From: a virus
IMG/VR virus record: IMGVR_UViG_3300008216_002531
Location: 41,626-105,625 of that record
DNA: 64,000 nt
Strand: one strand, 5' to 3'
Shown: piece by piece, positions 10,117 to 18,781 of the stretch
How the letters are laid out: every line of letters starts with the position of its first letter
How positions within the stretch are numbered: position 1 is the stretch's first letter
The notes under the pieces: generated by a model
Databases searched by the model: none
What the model was told of the DNA's origin: nothing
Seen by the model: the letters and a program-made list of their open reading frames with translations, nothing else
Program-made: the position numbers and the translations under genes

Positions 10117-11023
10117 TTACATACTCCACATTTTCGTTGGTGAGGTTTTCATGAAAAGGAATACTCGCTGTTGTCTTGGCGTCTTTCTTGGATTTCTTAA
10201 AATACTTATACGCGGTTTGTTCTTTATGGGCGTTATAGACAGGGCGTAAGTGACATGCTTGGTAATGTACTCCGCAGAATATGAGCTTCTCTCGCATCTC
10301 ATCTATAAAGCTGTCCCTATCCTTAACGTTTATTCTATATAAATGACTGCTCTTATTAGCCTTGTTAAATCCCTTATTGTAAGCCTTTCTTATTTCCGCC
10401 AATCTTTCGTTCTTTTCTTCTAGCCTGTGCAGGTTTTTTCGAGCGATGTGAGCTTGGATAGAATTCATGTTCATCTTCCATCCGGGGAATATCAACTCGC
10501 GATCCCAAGAGTCGTTCGAGGCTGTTGAACCATTCATAACCGCCTTGCGAAACCAGTCTATCTTCTCCCTATCGTCAGACACGACCATCCCACCATCACA
10601 ACTTCCAACCGGCTTTGTAGGGTAGAAGCTAAAAACCATTAAGTCTTCCGGGCTTGCCTCTTTTTTGAATAGATCTTTTTCAACCTGCTGGGCTGAATCA
10701 TAAATGGAATAATCTTTAAACATATGCAGCCTGTATACATTTCCGACCCAGCGTGTGTCATCGCGAAAGTTTAGGTAGTTCCCTGACCTAATGATAGCGT
10801 TTGGAACCACTATAGGTATCACGCTAGGTATTGTAACCGTCTCTCCTTTGTTCCACAAGGCAAGAGTGATTAGGCTGGTGGCACTGTTGGCCGAACAGGC
10901 GTAGCCAGCGCCCACATACTTTGCAAACTCCTCTTCAAATTCTGCGACTACTCTATCGTGTAAGAGATGTGAAAAATCTCTTGTGTCTATTTTGTAGTCT
11001 TCAATGTTGAACAGGCGAATCAT
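10070..11023 (-). CDS. DegT/DnrJ/EryC1/StrS sugar aminotransferase
   Basis: FEEEFAKYVG...NSAT, DSAQ, FSFYPTKPVGSCDGG (PLP lysine), GVHY, SIPFH. Confidence 0.85.
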   Translation of the reverse strand: MIRLFNIEDYKIDTRDFSHLLHDRVVAEFEEEFAKYVGAGYACSANSATSLITLALWNKGETVTIPSVIPIVVPNAIIRSGNYLNFRDDTRWVGNVYRLHMFKDYSIYDSAQQVEKDLFKKEASPEDLMVFSFYPTKPVGSCDGGMVVSDDREKIDWFRKAVMNGSTASNDSWDRELIFPGWKMNMNSIQAHIARKNLHRLEEKNERLAEIRKAYNKGFNKANKSSHLYRINVKDRDSFIDEMREKLIFCGVHYQACHLRPVYNAHKEQTAYKYFKKSKKDAKTTASIPFHENLTNENVEYVIEQVRKARRVLKAVR

Positions 11024-11454
11024 TTGTTTTCTGTTTCCCAGTCCTCCCCAAACGCACCAACCTCTGCTCTTAGCTCGTCGTTTGGGTCGTACTGTTCTGA
11101 TAAGTAGTACAACATAATAGATCCGGGTTCCAAGGCTTTGTACCCATGATAGACTCCCGGCGGAATTACCAAGACTCTGGGGTTCTTGTCAGATAGATAC
11201 TCAAACTTTGTGTCGAAGTATTGTCCACCCTCTCCCGGTACTCCCGGTATTTCTTCTGCCAGACCAACCTTGAATGACCCTTTAATGCAGAACCAATAGT
11301 CTGTCTGGATGTTGTGTTTATGCCACGCTACAACGTGTTGGGTTGAGTTGACATAGGATATGTTGATTTGCCCACCATTGAGATATTTAAAGACATTCAT
11401 CGCCCGTTGAGCGCGGTCATCTTCATGAAACTGAATGTCGTCGAAACTAATCAT
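11020..11454 (-). CDS. rmlC: dTDP-4-dehydrorhamnose 3,5-epimerase-like cupin
   Basis: HEDDR, AWHKH..QTD...KG, IPPGVYHGY; likely start MISFD. Confidence 0.7.
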   Translation of the reverse strand: MISFDDIQFHEDDRAQRAMNVFKYLNGGQINISYVNSTQHVVAWHKHNIQTDYWFCIKGSFKVGLAEEIPGVPGEGGQYFDTKFEYLSDKNPRVLVIPPGVYHGYKALEPGSIMLYYLSEQYDPNDELRAEVGAFGEDWETENK

Positions 11455-11458
11455 CCAA

Positions 11459-12079
11459 CTATTCCCTGTCAAGAACTGAAAGAGAGTCGGTAATAATATT
11501 GTCAAATTCAAAGAGGGTGATAAATCTTACTTCTTCTCTCACTGGATTTAACTCAGCTATGTCGTGATTATCAAGCCAATACCCAGAATTCGCCCGTCCA
11601 ACAAAAGCGTCTCTATACACACCCCCACCCTCAAAGCAAACTACGGCTCCGTTGTCTATGTGGGATTGACATTTTTGCCTCAACAGCTTTATTGTTTGTT
11701 GTGTGTTTCCCACATCCACATAGAGGAAATCAAACTCATCTCCTTTAAGGGGCTGTTCCATCCACTGGTAATAATCTGCTATCTCAAAGTTGATATATTT
11801 TTCAACATCCATCCTATCTATCTCTGAATACAGTCCTATGTGTTCGCTTTTTTTTGTCAAAGGAGCGCTTATAATTTGGTTTCCAATATCATAACTAGTT
11901 ACTGTCCCCTCTCCTCCAGAATCTCTTAGTGCCATTGCCATGCAAACAGCCGTCCACCCGCCAAAACTTCCAAACTCTATAATCTTTTTAGATTTGTTTT
12001 TTAAAATTAACTCATATAAGGTTTTTCCAATTGTTTCGTCCTCGTAAGAGGAAGGAATTTGGGGGTGTTCCCATGTCAT
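11459..12079 (-). CDS. Class I SAM-dependent methyltransferase
   Basis: IIEFGSFGGWT, YD, FDFLYVD. Confidence 0.7.
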   Translation of the reverse strand: MTWEHPQIPSSYEDETIGKTLYELILKNKSKKIIEFGSFGGWTAVCMAMALRDSGGEGTVTSYDIGNQIISAPLTKKSEHIGLYSEIDRMDVEKYINFEIADYYQWMEQPLKGDEFDFLYVDVGNTQQTIKLLRQKCQSHIDNGAVVCFEGGGVYRDAFVGRANSGYWLDNHDIAELNPVREEVRFITLFEFDNIITDSLSVLDRE

Positions 12080-12777
12080 ATTATGCTTTCTAACTTACTA
12101 ATATCCATAGAAGAATCCACGCCCATAGCAACATCCTCGACATCTTTGAGGAATGCTTTTCCAACATTTGGGTTCTCCCGTTGCGCGAATTCGTATACTG
12201 TCTCAGCCCTTCCTCCTACGTTTATTATACCCGTCTCGTCCAAAAGTTGCAACGTAATTTTCGCCGCTTCGTCGTCGTAGATAAAACTCTTGGTTACATC
12301 TGCTAGAGCGTTCTTGTGGGGGAACGGCTTGTTTGCCATGCACATTCTCAATATTAGGCTGTTGTCGTAGATGTGTACAGCGCACTCTCCTCCCAGTTTA
12401 GACCATCCGTATTTTGTGAAAGGAAGTAGAGCATCTTCCTCAGAGTAATCACCATCGTCTCCGGGGTAGACGTAATCAGTGGAAATGTAAATAAGCTTTA
12501 TCTTATGCTTCATACAAGACAAGACAACATTACTAGTTCCAACAATATTTGTGGTAATACTGGTATGCGGATTTTCTTCGTGAAGGGACATGGGTCTGGT
12601 TAAGGCCGCAGCATGAATGAAATAGTCTGGCTTGACCATTTCAATAAGATAGTCTACCTGTTCAAGGTTCTGTACGTCCATTACGTTCTTGGGGGGCGCG
12701 AGAACATCAAAGTCTTTTGACTCTTTCAGCTTGCTGGCAAACTTACCGTCACCGCCTGATACTAATACTGTCTTCAT
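12076..12777 (-). CDS. rmlD: dTDP-4-dehydrorhamnose reductase-like SDR
   Basis: VSGGDGK, HAAA, YISTDYVY.G, YGWSKLGGE. Confidence 0.75.
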   Translation of the reverse strand: MKTVLVSGGDGKFASKLKESKDFDVLAPPKNVMDVQNLEQVDYLIEMVKPDYFIHAAALTRPMSLHEENPHTSITTNIVGTSNVVLSCMKHKIKLIYISTDYVYPGDDGDYSEEDALLPFTKYGWSKLGGECAVHIYDNSLILRMCMANKPFPHKNALADVTKSFIYDDEAAKITLQLLDETGIINVGGRAETVYEFAQRENPNVGKAFLKDVEDVAMGVDSSMDISKLESII

Positions 12778-12905
12778 TAGAACTTCCTAGATATTGTCCT
12801 TCTTCCCTTGCGGGCTGTGGCCCAGTTTTGTTTTTTTCTCTTCCTACCCCCTCTAGCCACACGCATCCATGCTGGTTTTCTTTTTCTTGATTTCTTTTTT
12901 GTCAT
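12777..12905 (-). CDS. Small extremely basic peptide (42 aa), not in ORF track
   Basis: MTKKKSRKRKPAWMRVARGGRKRKKQNWATARKGRRTISRKF; fills the gap exactly with ATGA and TAATG overlaps. Confidence 0.65.
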   Translation of the reverse strand: MTKKKSRKRKPAWMRVARGGRKRKKQNWATARKGRRTISRKF

Positions 12906-13822
12906 TTGTTTATCCACCCTAGAAGCTTCAGGGTTTTAAAGATTTCGTCAAGCATGTTGTCTTTCGGATAGAAACCCCCCGCCTTAAGTCTTTGGTTGCT
13001 CACAATATACGAACATTGATTAAGCAGGGGGGTGTCTACCATCTCAATTTCCACGCCCACCATCTTGTCAAGAAAGTCTACTATGTCCCTAGTTTTTACA
13101 TTCTCTGTTAGGACGTTATATATTTTATTCCTGTGTCGATCTTCATGAACACCCCTCTTTTTTAGGAAATGGTCAATAGCACAACAGGCATCGTTAATTC
13201 CTAGATACGGTCTAGCTTTGTCGTAGTTATCTTTCCATACAGTTAGTGGCCGACCTAAAGCCGCCTGATAGCAGAATTTATTAACTGCCGTATGGAACCT
13301 CATACCGGGACTAGGACCAAAGATAGTGCCAAGTCTGAGTATTAGGTATTTGCAAGATTCGCCCAATCTTTGTTGAATGGTTTCTTCAATCTCTAGTTTT
13401 GATTCTGCATAGGGACTTTGGGGGTTCAGATACTGATCGTCGTCCTCGAACACCACGTCTGCTGACACGCCATACACACTCGTAGAAGATGGGAACACGA
13501 ATAGCCCTACGCCAGAGTCCTTGCACCTCTTGATGAAGCTCTGAGTGTCCCTGACGTTGACCTTCTCGATCTCCTTCCTGTTCCCGAAGCTGCTGGCGGC
13601 GTCTGTGATTGCTGCCAAATGGATGACGGTGTCTATTCCATCTAGACTAACATCCTTAAATGAACCCTCTATAAACTTAACCGGTTGATTAAAGCTAAAC
13701 AGAGAACAATATCTCTGCGTGAGTAGATTGTCTACTACGGTGACAGAGTAGTCCGGGGCCAGCTTTTTTACCAGCGCAGATCCTATGTGACCTAACCCGC
13801 CAGTGACAAGCACGTTTTTCAT
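12902..13822 (-). CDS. NAD-dependent sugar epimerase/dehydratase
   Basis: VTGGLGHIGS, IHLAA, SSTSVYG, YAESK. Confidence 0.85.
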   Translation of the reverse strand: MKNVLVTGGLGHIGSALVKKLAPDYSVTVVDNLLTQRYCSLFSFNQPVKFIEGSFKDVSLDGIDTVIHLAAITDAASSFGNRKEIEKVNVRDTQSFIKRCKDSGVGLFVFPSSTSVYGVSADVVFEDDDQYLNPQSPYAESKLEIEETIQQRLGESCKYLILRLGTIFGPSPGMRFHTAVNKFCYQAALGRPLTVWKDNYDKARPYLGINDACCAIDHFLKKRGVHEDRHRNKIYNVLTENVKTRDIVDFLDKMVGVEIEMVDTPLLNQCSYIVSNQRLKAGGFYPKDNMLDEIFKTLKLLGWINK

Positions 13823-15015
13823 ACGTTGGCCGGTTCCCCTCTACAAACACGCACTTCTGGGACGTGTGTGATAAATTGCCCACCACGTCTCAGGAACTTG
13901 CTTTCCTTCTTTGTGATCTCTTCCAGATAATTCCACGCTCCTAAGAAAGCATAATCCACGGAGTCGTCAAACCCTTCCTCTGGAGATACCACTGGGATGT
14001 GTACGCCGGGAGACAGCTTACCCTGTTTGTCCGGGGTTGTATCTGTAATGTAGTCAATCAAGTCCGGGCCAACTCCACAGTAATTAAATACAGACGTGGA
14101 CTTGGAGGTAGCGCCATAACTTATAATTTTATTTCCACCATCCTTAATGTCGTGTAGAAGCTCTAGCAGCTTTGTTTTGGAGTTTTTTACTCTCTTGGCA
14201 AAGGCGGTGTAAGTTTTCACCTCGTTTAGACCGGCCAAGTTTTCCTGTTCTAGCTCTAACTCTAAGGCTCCATCGTGTGGGTGTGGGCCTCCCTCCTTTT
14301 GTGCGTAGATTCTATTAGACCCACCGTGGACCTGCGTTTTGTCTATACTAAAAATTTCCATTCCCGCTTCTTTTAACAGATTGTTTAAAGCCGTTACAGA
14401 AAATATGTGGGCGTGTTCATCATAAATTTGATCGTATGAATTTCTCTCAATCATTTCTAATAGAGAAGGGTCTTCAAAGATAAAGACGCCATTGTCGTCT
14501 AGGGCAAAATATATAGCTTCAAGAGTTTCTTTGATATTTGGGATATGGCAGATGCAGTTTGCAGAATATATTGTATAGAACCTTCCGTGCCTACCCACTA
14601 TTTCTACAGAAAGCTTATTGTTCCAGAAATCACTATAGGTCATAAATCCCATTTGTCTAGTAAATTCAGCAAAGTTTTCACAAGGCTCAATACCCATTCC
14701 GTGGGCTATACCAAAGTGTCTTAGAAATGTACCGTCATTGCTTCCAATCTCTAAAACTCTATCAGGGCCAAATCTTTCCTGTATCATTTTTGCCGTTTCT
14801 TTAAAATGTTTAATCATAGTTTTAGAGCTAGACGTATTATATACATAGCTATCATTAAACATCAATATCGGATCAACAAAATCCATGTGAGAAACAAGCT
14901 TAGTTTCTTTATCGAAACCAACATTTAGATCGTAGAAGAATTCATCTTGGTCTTCGCCGGGGGTGATAAATGCATTTGCTATCGGCTGTTTGCCAAGGCT
15001 TAAGAATTTTTTCAT
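13819..15015 (-). CDS. NDP-hexose C-methyltransferase
   Basis: LGKQPIANAF, EIGSNDG, YDQIYDEH, HGGS.R, YGATSK, KQGKLSPGVHIP, AWNY. Confidence 0.85.
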   Translation of the reverse strand: MKKFLSLGKQPIANAFITPGEDQDEFFYDLNVGFDKETKLVSHMDFVDPILMFNDSYVYNTSSSKTMIKHFKETAKMIQERFGPDRVLEIGSNDGTFLRHFGIAHGMGIEPCENFAEFTRQMGFMTYSDFWNNKLSVEIVGRHGRFYTIYSANCICHIPNIKETLEAIYFALDDNGVFIFEDPSLLEMIERNSYDQIYDEHAHIFSVTALNNLLKEAGMEIFSIDKTQVHGGSNRIYAQKEGGPHPHDGALELELEQENLAGLNEVKTYTAFAKRVKNSKTKLLELLHDIKDGGNKIISYGATSKSTSVFNYCGVGPDLIDYITDTTPDKQGKLSPGVHIPVVSPEEGFDDSVDYAFLGAWNYLEEITKKESKFLRRGGQFITHVPEVRVCRGEPANV

Positions 15016-16037
15016 ACTTTATCCGCCATAGTCCAGTTAACAAAGGTTTCTTTTGGTGCTTCAATAGCGCACATTCCACAAACGCTATTCCTTACATCGT
15101 AGCTCAGATAAACCGATTGCACCGGCAAGTCATAATCCAAAGAATAAACATGGACAGAAGCCGGTGACGTTCCTACAATCACATGATCCTTAGTTAGTAC
15201 CATGCCTCTGGTATACCCGACTCTAGCATGATCGTCATAAGAGAAGTTTGTGATCGGCTTCGGATATGCTGGAGTCCTCCAGTGTTTTACTAATTCGTTA
15301 TCTACCTGATAGGAGGTGTCACTTTCAACAGACCTATTAAACACAACACCATCTTTCCAAGGTTGCGCATTATGGGTCATGGGAAAATGCAACTTTTGAG
15401 CTAGATGTTGAAGGCTTTTTATATTTAAAGCGTATAAATGATCCACTTTAGATCCAGAATAGTACAGCCAGTCATCATGTATGGATAAGCTATCTAAGTG
15501 CATCGTGTCATCTTTAGGGAGCATCTCCCACTTGGGTATAGTAGGATCGTTTTCGTCTGCAATTACATCTCCACTCTCGTCAAACACAGGAACCATTGGT
15601 GACTCTGTGTCGAAAACTCCCACCGGCTTATTCAGAGTAGTTTTGAGACCAAACAGCCACTCTCTGGTCTTCAGGTCAAAAATCATAATTACGTCATATT
15701 CATTTGATATACTAAAGAGCATATCTTTGTATATGCATATTTCATGTGTTCCCGCAAGCAAGTTGTGTCTATATTGTCTGACAAGCTCGTAATCTTTATT
15801 GAAGACAAATATAGCCCTTGCTCCAGCGGCGTAAAGCTCACCCCCATAAAAGGCCAGTCCTCTCAGCCCCCTGTCTCCCCCGCCGCTATCCCAATTGATG
15901 TGGTCGTACTTCCAATCAAGGACTTGTTCGTATGATCCTTGTTCTAGGTCTACGACATACAAACCCCCGTGGCTATCCCCCCTGTTGGTAGACCTTATCA
16001 CTGAAGATACTAAAATTTTGGGTAATTCACTCATCAC
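15012..16037 (-). CDS. Beta-propeller protein (DUF4915/arylsulfotransferase-like), paralog of 59720-60634
   Basis: SHGGLYVVD, GDRGLRGLA, HEI, HLDS, HNA, RG..IVGTSPA shared with paralog. Confidence 0.5.
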   Translation of the reverse strand: MMSELPKILVSSVIRSTNRGDSHGGLYVVDLEQGSYEQVLDWKYDHINWDSGGGDRGLRGLAFYGGELYAAGARAIFVFNKDYELVRQYRHNLLAGTHEICIYKDMLFSISNEYDVIMIFDLKTREWLFGLKTTLNKPVGVFDTESPMVPVFDESGDVIADENDPTIPKWEMLPKDDTMHLDSLSIHDDWLYYSGSKVDHLYALNIKSLQHLAQKLHFPMTHNAQPWKDGVVFNRSVESDTSYQVDNELVKHWRTPAYPKPITNFSYDDHARVGYTRGMVLTKDHVIVGTSPASVHVYSLDYDLPVQSVYLSYDVRNSVCGMCAIEAPKETFVNWTMADKV

Positions 16038-16563
16038 TAAAGACTATCCCTCTGGTTCTTAGAGCTTTTATATTGTTGTTATCGCAGTGTTCCAATAGAG
16101 GGTCTACATAGTCTGAATACAATTTAGAAGGAGACACTCCGTTATTTATCAGCGATGTGTGCAAATCGTCGTGATCTATCATAATGATTTTTTCTGTCTT
16201 TATACCAGACATTATTTCGTCAATGTTTTCTACTCCAGCAATACTTTCAATTTTGGGAACAAGAATTGGCCGGGCGCCAAACATCTGGTAGTTATCTAGC
16301 TGGGAAGATTTTTCCACGTTCGAAATAGCAAGATATCTTACATTTACCCTTTCGGTAAAGAGGGGATATAGCTTTTCTAAGCTGTACTTGTTGCTTGGGG
16401 GTTTTGTTCTTCCAGACGGGATATCAATAAAAAAGTCGTTGGGGTAACTGTCAAGATTTTCTATTAGATCATCAAGGGAAAATGTCCATGCTAGATTTAC
16501 CCGTATCACGTAGTGATCAGGTATCTTCATGTAGTTTCTAAGATTATTAGATATTAGTATCAT
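16027..16563 (-). CDS. Miniature pyruvate kinase/HpcH-like barrel protein
   Basis: RVN, IDIP.GRTK, ISNVE, PKIESIAGVENIDEI, IMIDHDDL parallel PK barrel motifs. Confidence 0.55.
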   Translation of the reverse strand: MILISNNLRNYMKIPDHYVIRVNLAWTFSLDDLIENLDSYPNDFFIDIPSGRTKPPSNKYSLEKLYPLFTERVNVRYLAISNVEKSSQLDNYQMFGARPILVPKIESIAGVENIDEIMSGIKTEKIIMIDHDDLHTSLINNGVSPSKLYSDYVDPLLEHCDNNNIKALRTRGIVFSDE

Positions 16564-17285
16564 GCCTTAACCATAACAACTACAGAATCATAAAAATGCA
16601 TTGACTCTAAGCTAGCGTTAATTCCATCGATAGGTTCAATTACTTTAGCATGAATATAAGGATTGTCGGAATTCTTAAGTTCCATGTATTCCGCATAGTC
16701 AGCGTCCCACATTGTATCCCTGCCCGTGTGTATTGCGTGTAGGTTATCAATAAACGACTTTAATAGATCCACGGTGGTGATCTGGATCTGACCGGGCGAT
16801 TGAACCTTCATGTTGGGACCATGGATGCTTCCACCAAAGTGTGCCCAATAAGAAGTATGAGTGTCTTCAATAATGTACTGGCCCTCTGGGTTGACAGAGT
16901 TCCACAGCAAGAGAACTGAGTTGATTTGTTGATACATCTGGTGGCCACCGCTATCGATAATAATATCGAATCCACCTCCGGTTTCTTCTAGAAAAGAGGC
17001 GATAAAATCTGGATCACCTTGATCCCCAATGTGAACCTCAACCCTCTCTTCTTCGAACTCCTTGCACTCTGGTCTAATATCCATGGCAAAGATCTCAGCA
17101 TTGGGAAAGTACTCTTTCCACATCTTGACACAGCCGCCCTTGCCGATCCCGATCAACAAGAATCTGATCTTCTCTTGTCTAACTTCCGCAAAGAATTTAT
17201 CGTAAACCTCCGTATAATGCAGTACGGGGGCTTCAAGCATCGTGTGATCGGGGGTGTCCAGAGCTATCTCCTTCAGGCTCTTCAT
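16560..17285 (-). CDS. Sugar O-methyltransferase (MycE/OleY-like)
   Basis: HYTEVY, WKEYFPNA, GDQGD, FDIIIDSGGH, YIIEDTHTSYW. Confidence 0.75.
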   Translation of the reverse strand: MKSLKEIALDTPDHTMLEAPVLHYTEVYDKFFAEVRQEKIRFLLIGIGKGGCVKMWKEYFPNAEIFAMDIRPECKEFEEERVEVHIGDQGDPDFIASFLEETGGGFDIIIDSGGHQMYQQINSVLLLWNSVNPEGQYIIEDTHTSYWAHFGGSIHGPNMKVQSPGQIQITTVDLLKSFIDNLHAIHTGRDTMWDADYAEYMELKNSDNPYIHAKVIEPIDGINASLESMHFYDSVVVMVKA

Positions 17286-17397
17286 CTGTTTCTTCCTTTG
17301 GCTTTGGAATAATAATTTTAGGATCGTGTTTGTGGTATTCTATATGTGGTAGTGGATGGATTTTATCCATATACTTTTTTACGTCTTCTGGATTCAT
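17233..17397 (-). CDS. Small hypothetical protein (54 aa), not in ORF track
   Basis: MNPEDVKKYMDKIHPLPHIEYHKHDPK...; ATGA overlap with upstream stop. Confidence 0.45.
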   Translation of the reverse strand: MNPEDVKKYMDKIHPLPHIEYHKHDPKIIIPKPKEETDEEPEGDSSGHPRSHDA

Positions 17398-18347
17398 TGT
17401 ACTGAGCTTTTAATAGATCGATAAATTTCGTTCTCTAACTCCAGCCTGTCTTCATGCCCAGTTGAAACATATCCGTATAAGGTGTGTAGGGCTAAGCCTT
17501 TTCTAATAAACCCAAAACGAAGATCGTTTTCTTGCGCATAAATATTCATGGGGACTTCATCGTATGGCTCAAACGGACGAACATCTTCAATGTGTCTATA
17601 CATATCAGTTCTCATCATACAAGTGTCATTGCACAAATATGGCCTCCAAGTCTTATCTATACTATAGTCATTCTTTTCAAGAAAGGATGGCACATTATTT
17701 GTTACAACGTCGGCCAACATTTTCTGCGCCTCAAAATCAACTCTAACCGGATGTACGCCTTTTAGCTCAGACTCTATTTCGCCTACTGTTTTCCAGTATG
17801 CGTCTGGATTCCAAACGTCTGCTTCTAGAGTGTGTTTATTTAAAACGTCATAGCCTTTTTTACCCCACCTTTCTCCAGCCGTCTTTTCCATATCCTGAGA
17901 TAGAAACATTTTATGAAGAGTGCTCTTGTCCTCTTCGGAGCAAAAATCATCTATAAACATATCGCAGGTGGGAACACCAATATTTACTACTGGGGTAAGT
18001 AACAATACGTTGGGGTCTTCATATAGCAATTCTCTGTTTTCAATCATATAATCCCACACATGATTGCTCATGATAATGTCTTCATCAAACTTGACCGTGT
18101 ACTTACAATTTTCTTCAAGCATTCCCCACATTTTGGCCTTGTAGTTATTTGTAGGTTTCCTGCCACTAAAATACATTAGCTTGTATGGAACATCTGTTTC
18201 TAGATAGCTAAGATCTAGATTGTCTGTCATCATAAAGTTTATACTGAGAAGTTTTCTGTTCTCTGGCTTAATCTTATTGATGAAGTGTATGAACAGATCT
18301 ATGTAATCACGCCTGTGTTGTAAAAAGGTTATGCTAATCTCAGACAT
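17394..18347 (-). CDS. Putative GT-A fold glycosyltransferase
   Basis: VKFDEDI (DxD), YDE, late His; cluster context. Confidence 0.5.
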   Translation of the reverse strand: MSEISITFLQHRRDYIDLFIHFINKIKPENRKLLSINFMMTDNLDLSYLETDVPYKLMYFSGRKPTNNYKAKMWGMLEENCKYTVKFDEDIIMSNHVWDYMIENRELLYEDPNVLLLTPVVNIGVPTCDMFIDDFCSEEDKSTLHKMFLSQDMEKTAGERWGKKGYDVLNKHTLEADVWNPDAYWKTVGEIESELKGVHPVRVDFEAQKMLADVVTNNVPSFLEKNDYSIDKTWRPYLCNDTCMMRTDMYRHIEDVRPFEPYDEVPMNIYAQENDLRFGFIRKGLALHTLYGYVSTGHEDRLELENEIYRSIKSSVQ

Positions 18348-18780
18348 GTGATCCCCACTTTTGAATATAGTCGGAGCATATACCGTAGCAATTTTGTAGG
18401 GAGTCTGGAGAAGCTAGCTCAGGCTTCATACAAATGGTTCTAGAGGTTATGTCATAGCCGGGATAACTAACTATGTATCCGTTGCTGGTTACACTGTAGT
18501 GATCTTCTTGATGCCAAAAACAGTGTATGTTTGTGTGGATAAGCATCTTGTCTAGGGCGGCTAAATTTTTTGCGTGACAGAGAAGCTTGTTGTTCATAAG
18601 AAAGTCAATATCGACTTCGAACTGTGGGTCGTCGTGACCTAGTATCCAAGCTCCATTCAGGTTCCAAACATCAATCTCAACATGGTATCCCAATTTAAGG
18701 GCGTTCTTGATGTAGGATGGTCTATTTTCTTTTCCGGGGTCTGCGCCAATCAGATTTCCGCGATGTGATATAAGCTTCAT
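18340..18780 (-). CDS. Small PI-PLC/GDPD-like phosphodiesterase
   Basis: ISHRGN, EN, VEIDVW, LGHD, HAKN, FWHQED, GICSD. Confidence 0.7.
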   Translation of the reverse strand: MKLISHRGNLIGADPGKENRPSYIKNALKLGYHVEIDVWNLNGAWILGHDDPQFEVDIDFLMNNKLLCHAKNLAALDKMLIHTNIHCFWHQEDHYSVTSNGYIVSYPGYDITSRTICMKPELASPDSLQNCYGICSDYIQKWGSHV

Positions 18781-18781
18781 T

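Noticed and set aside
12777-12905. Loose resemblance of the basic peptide to ribosomal protein L39e
   Set aside because: Similarity is mostly compositional (P.W..., K/R-rich) and cannot be supported
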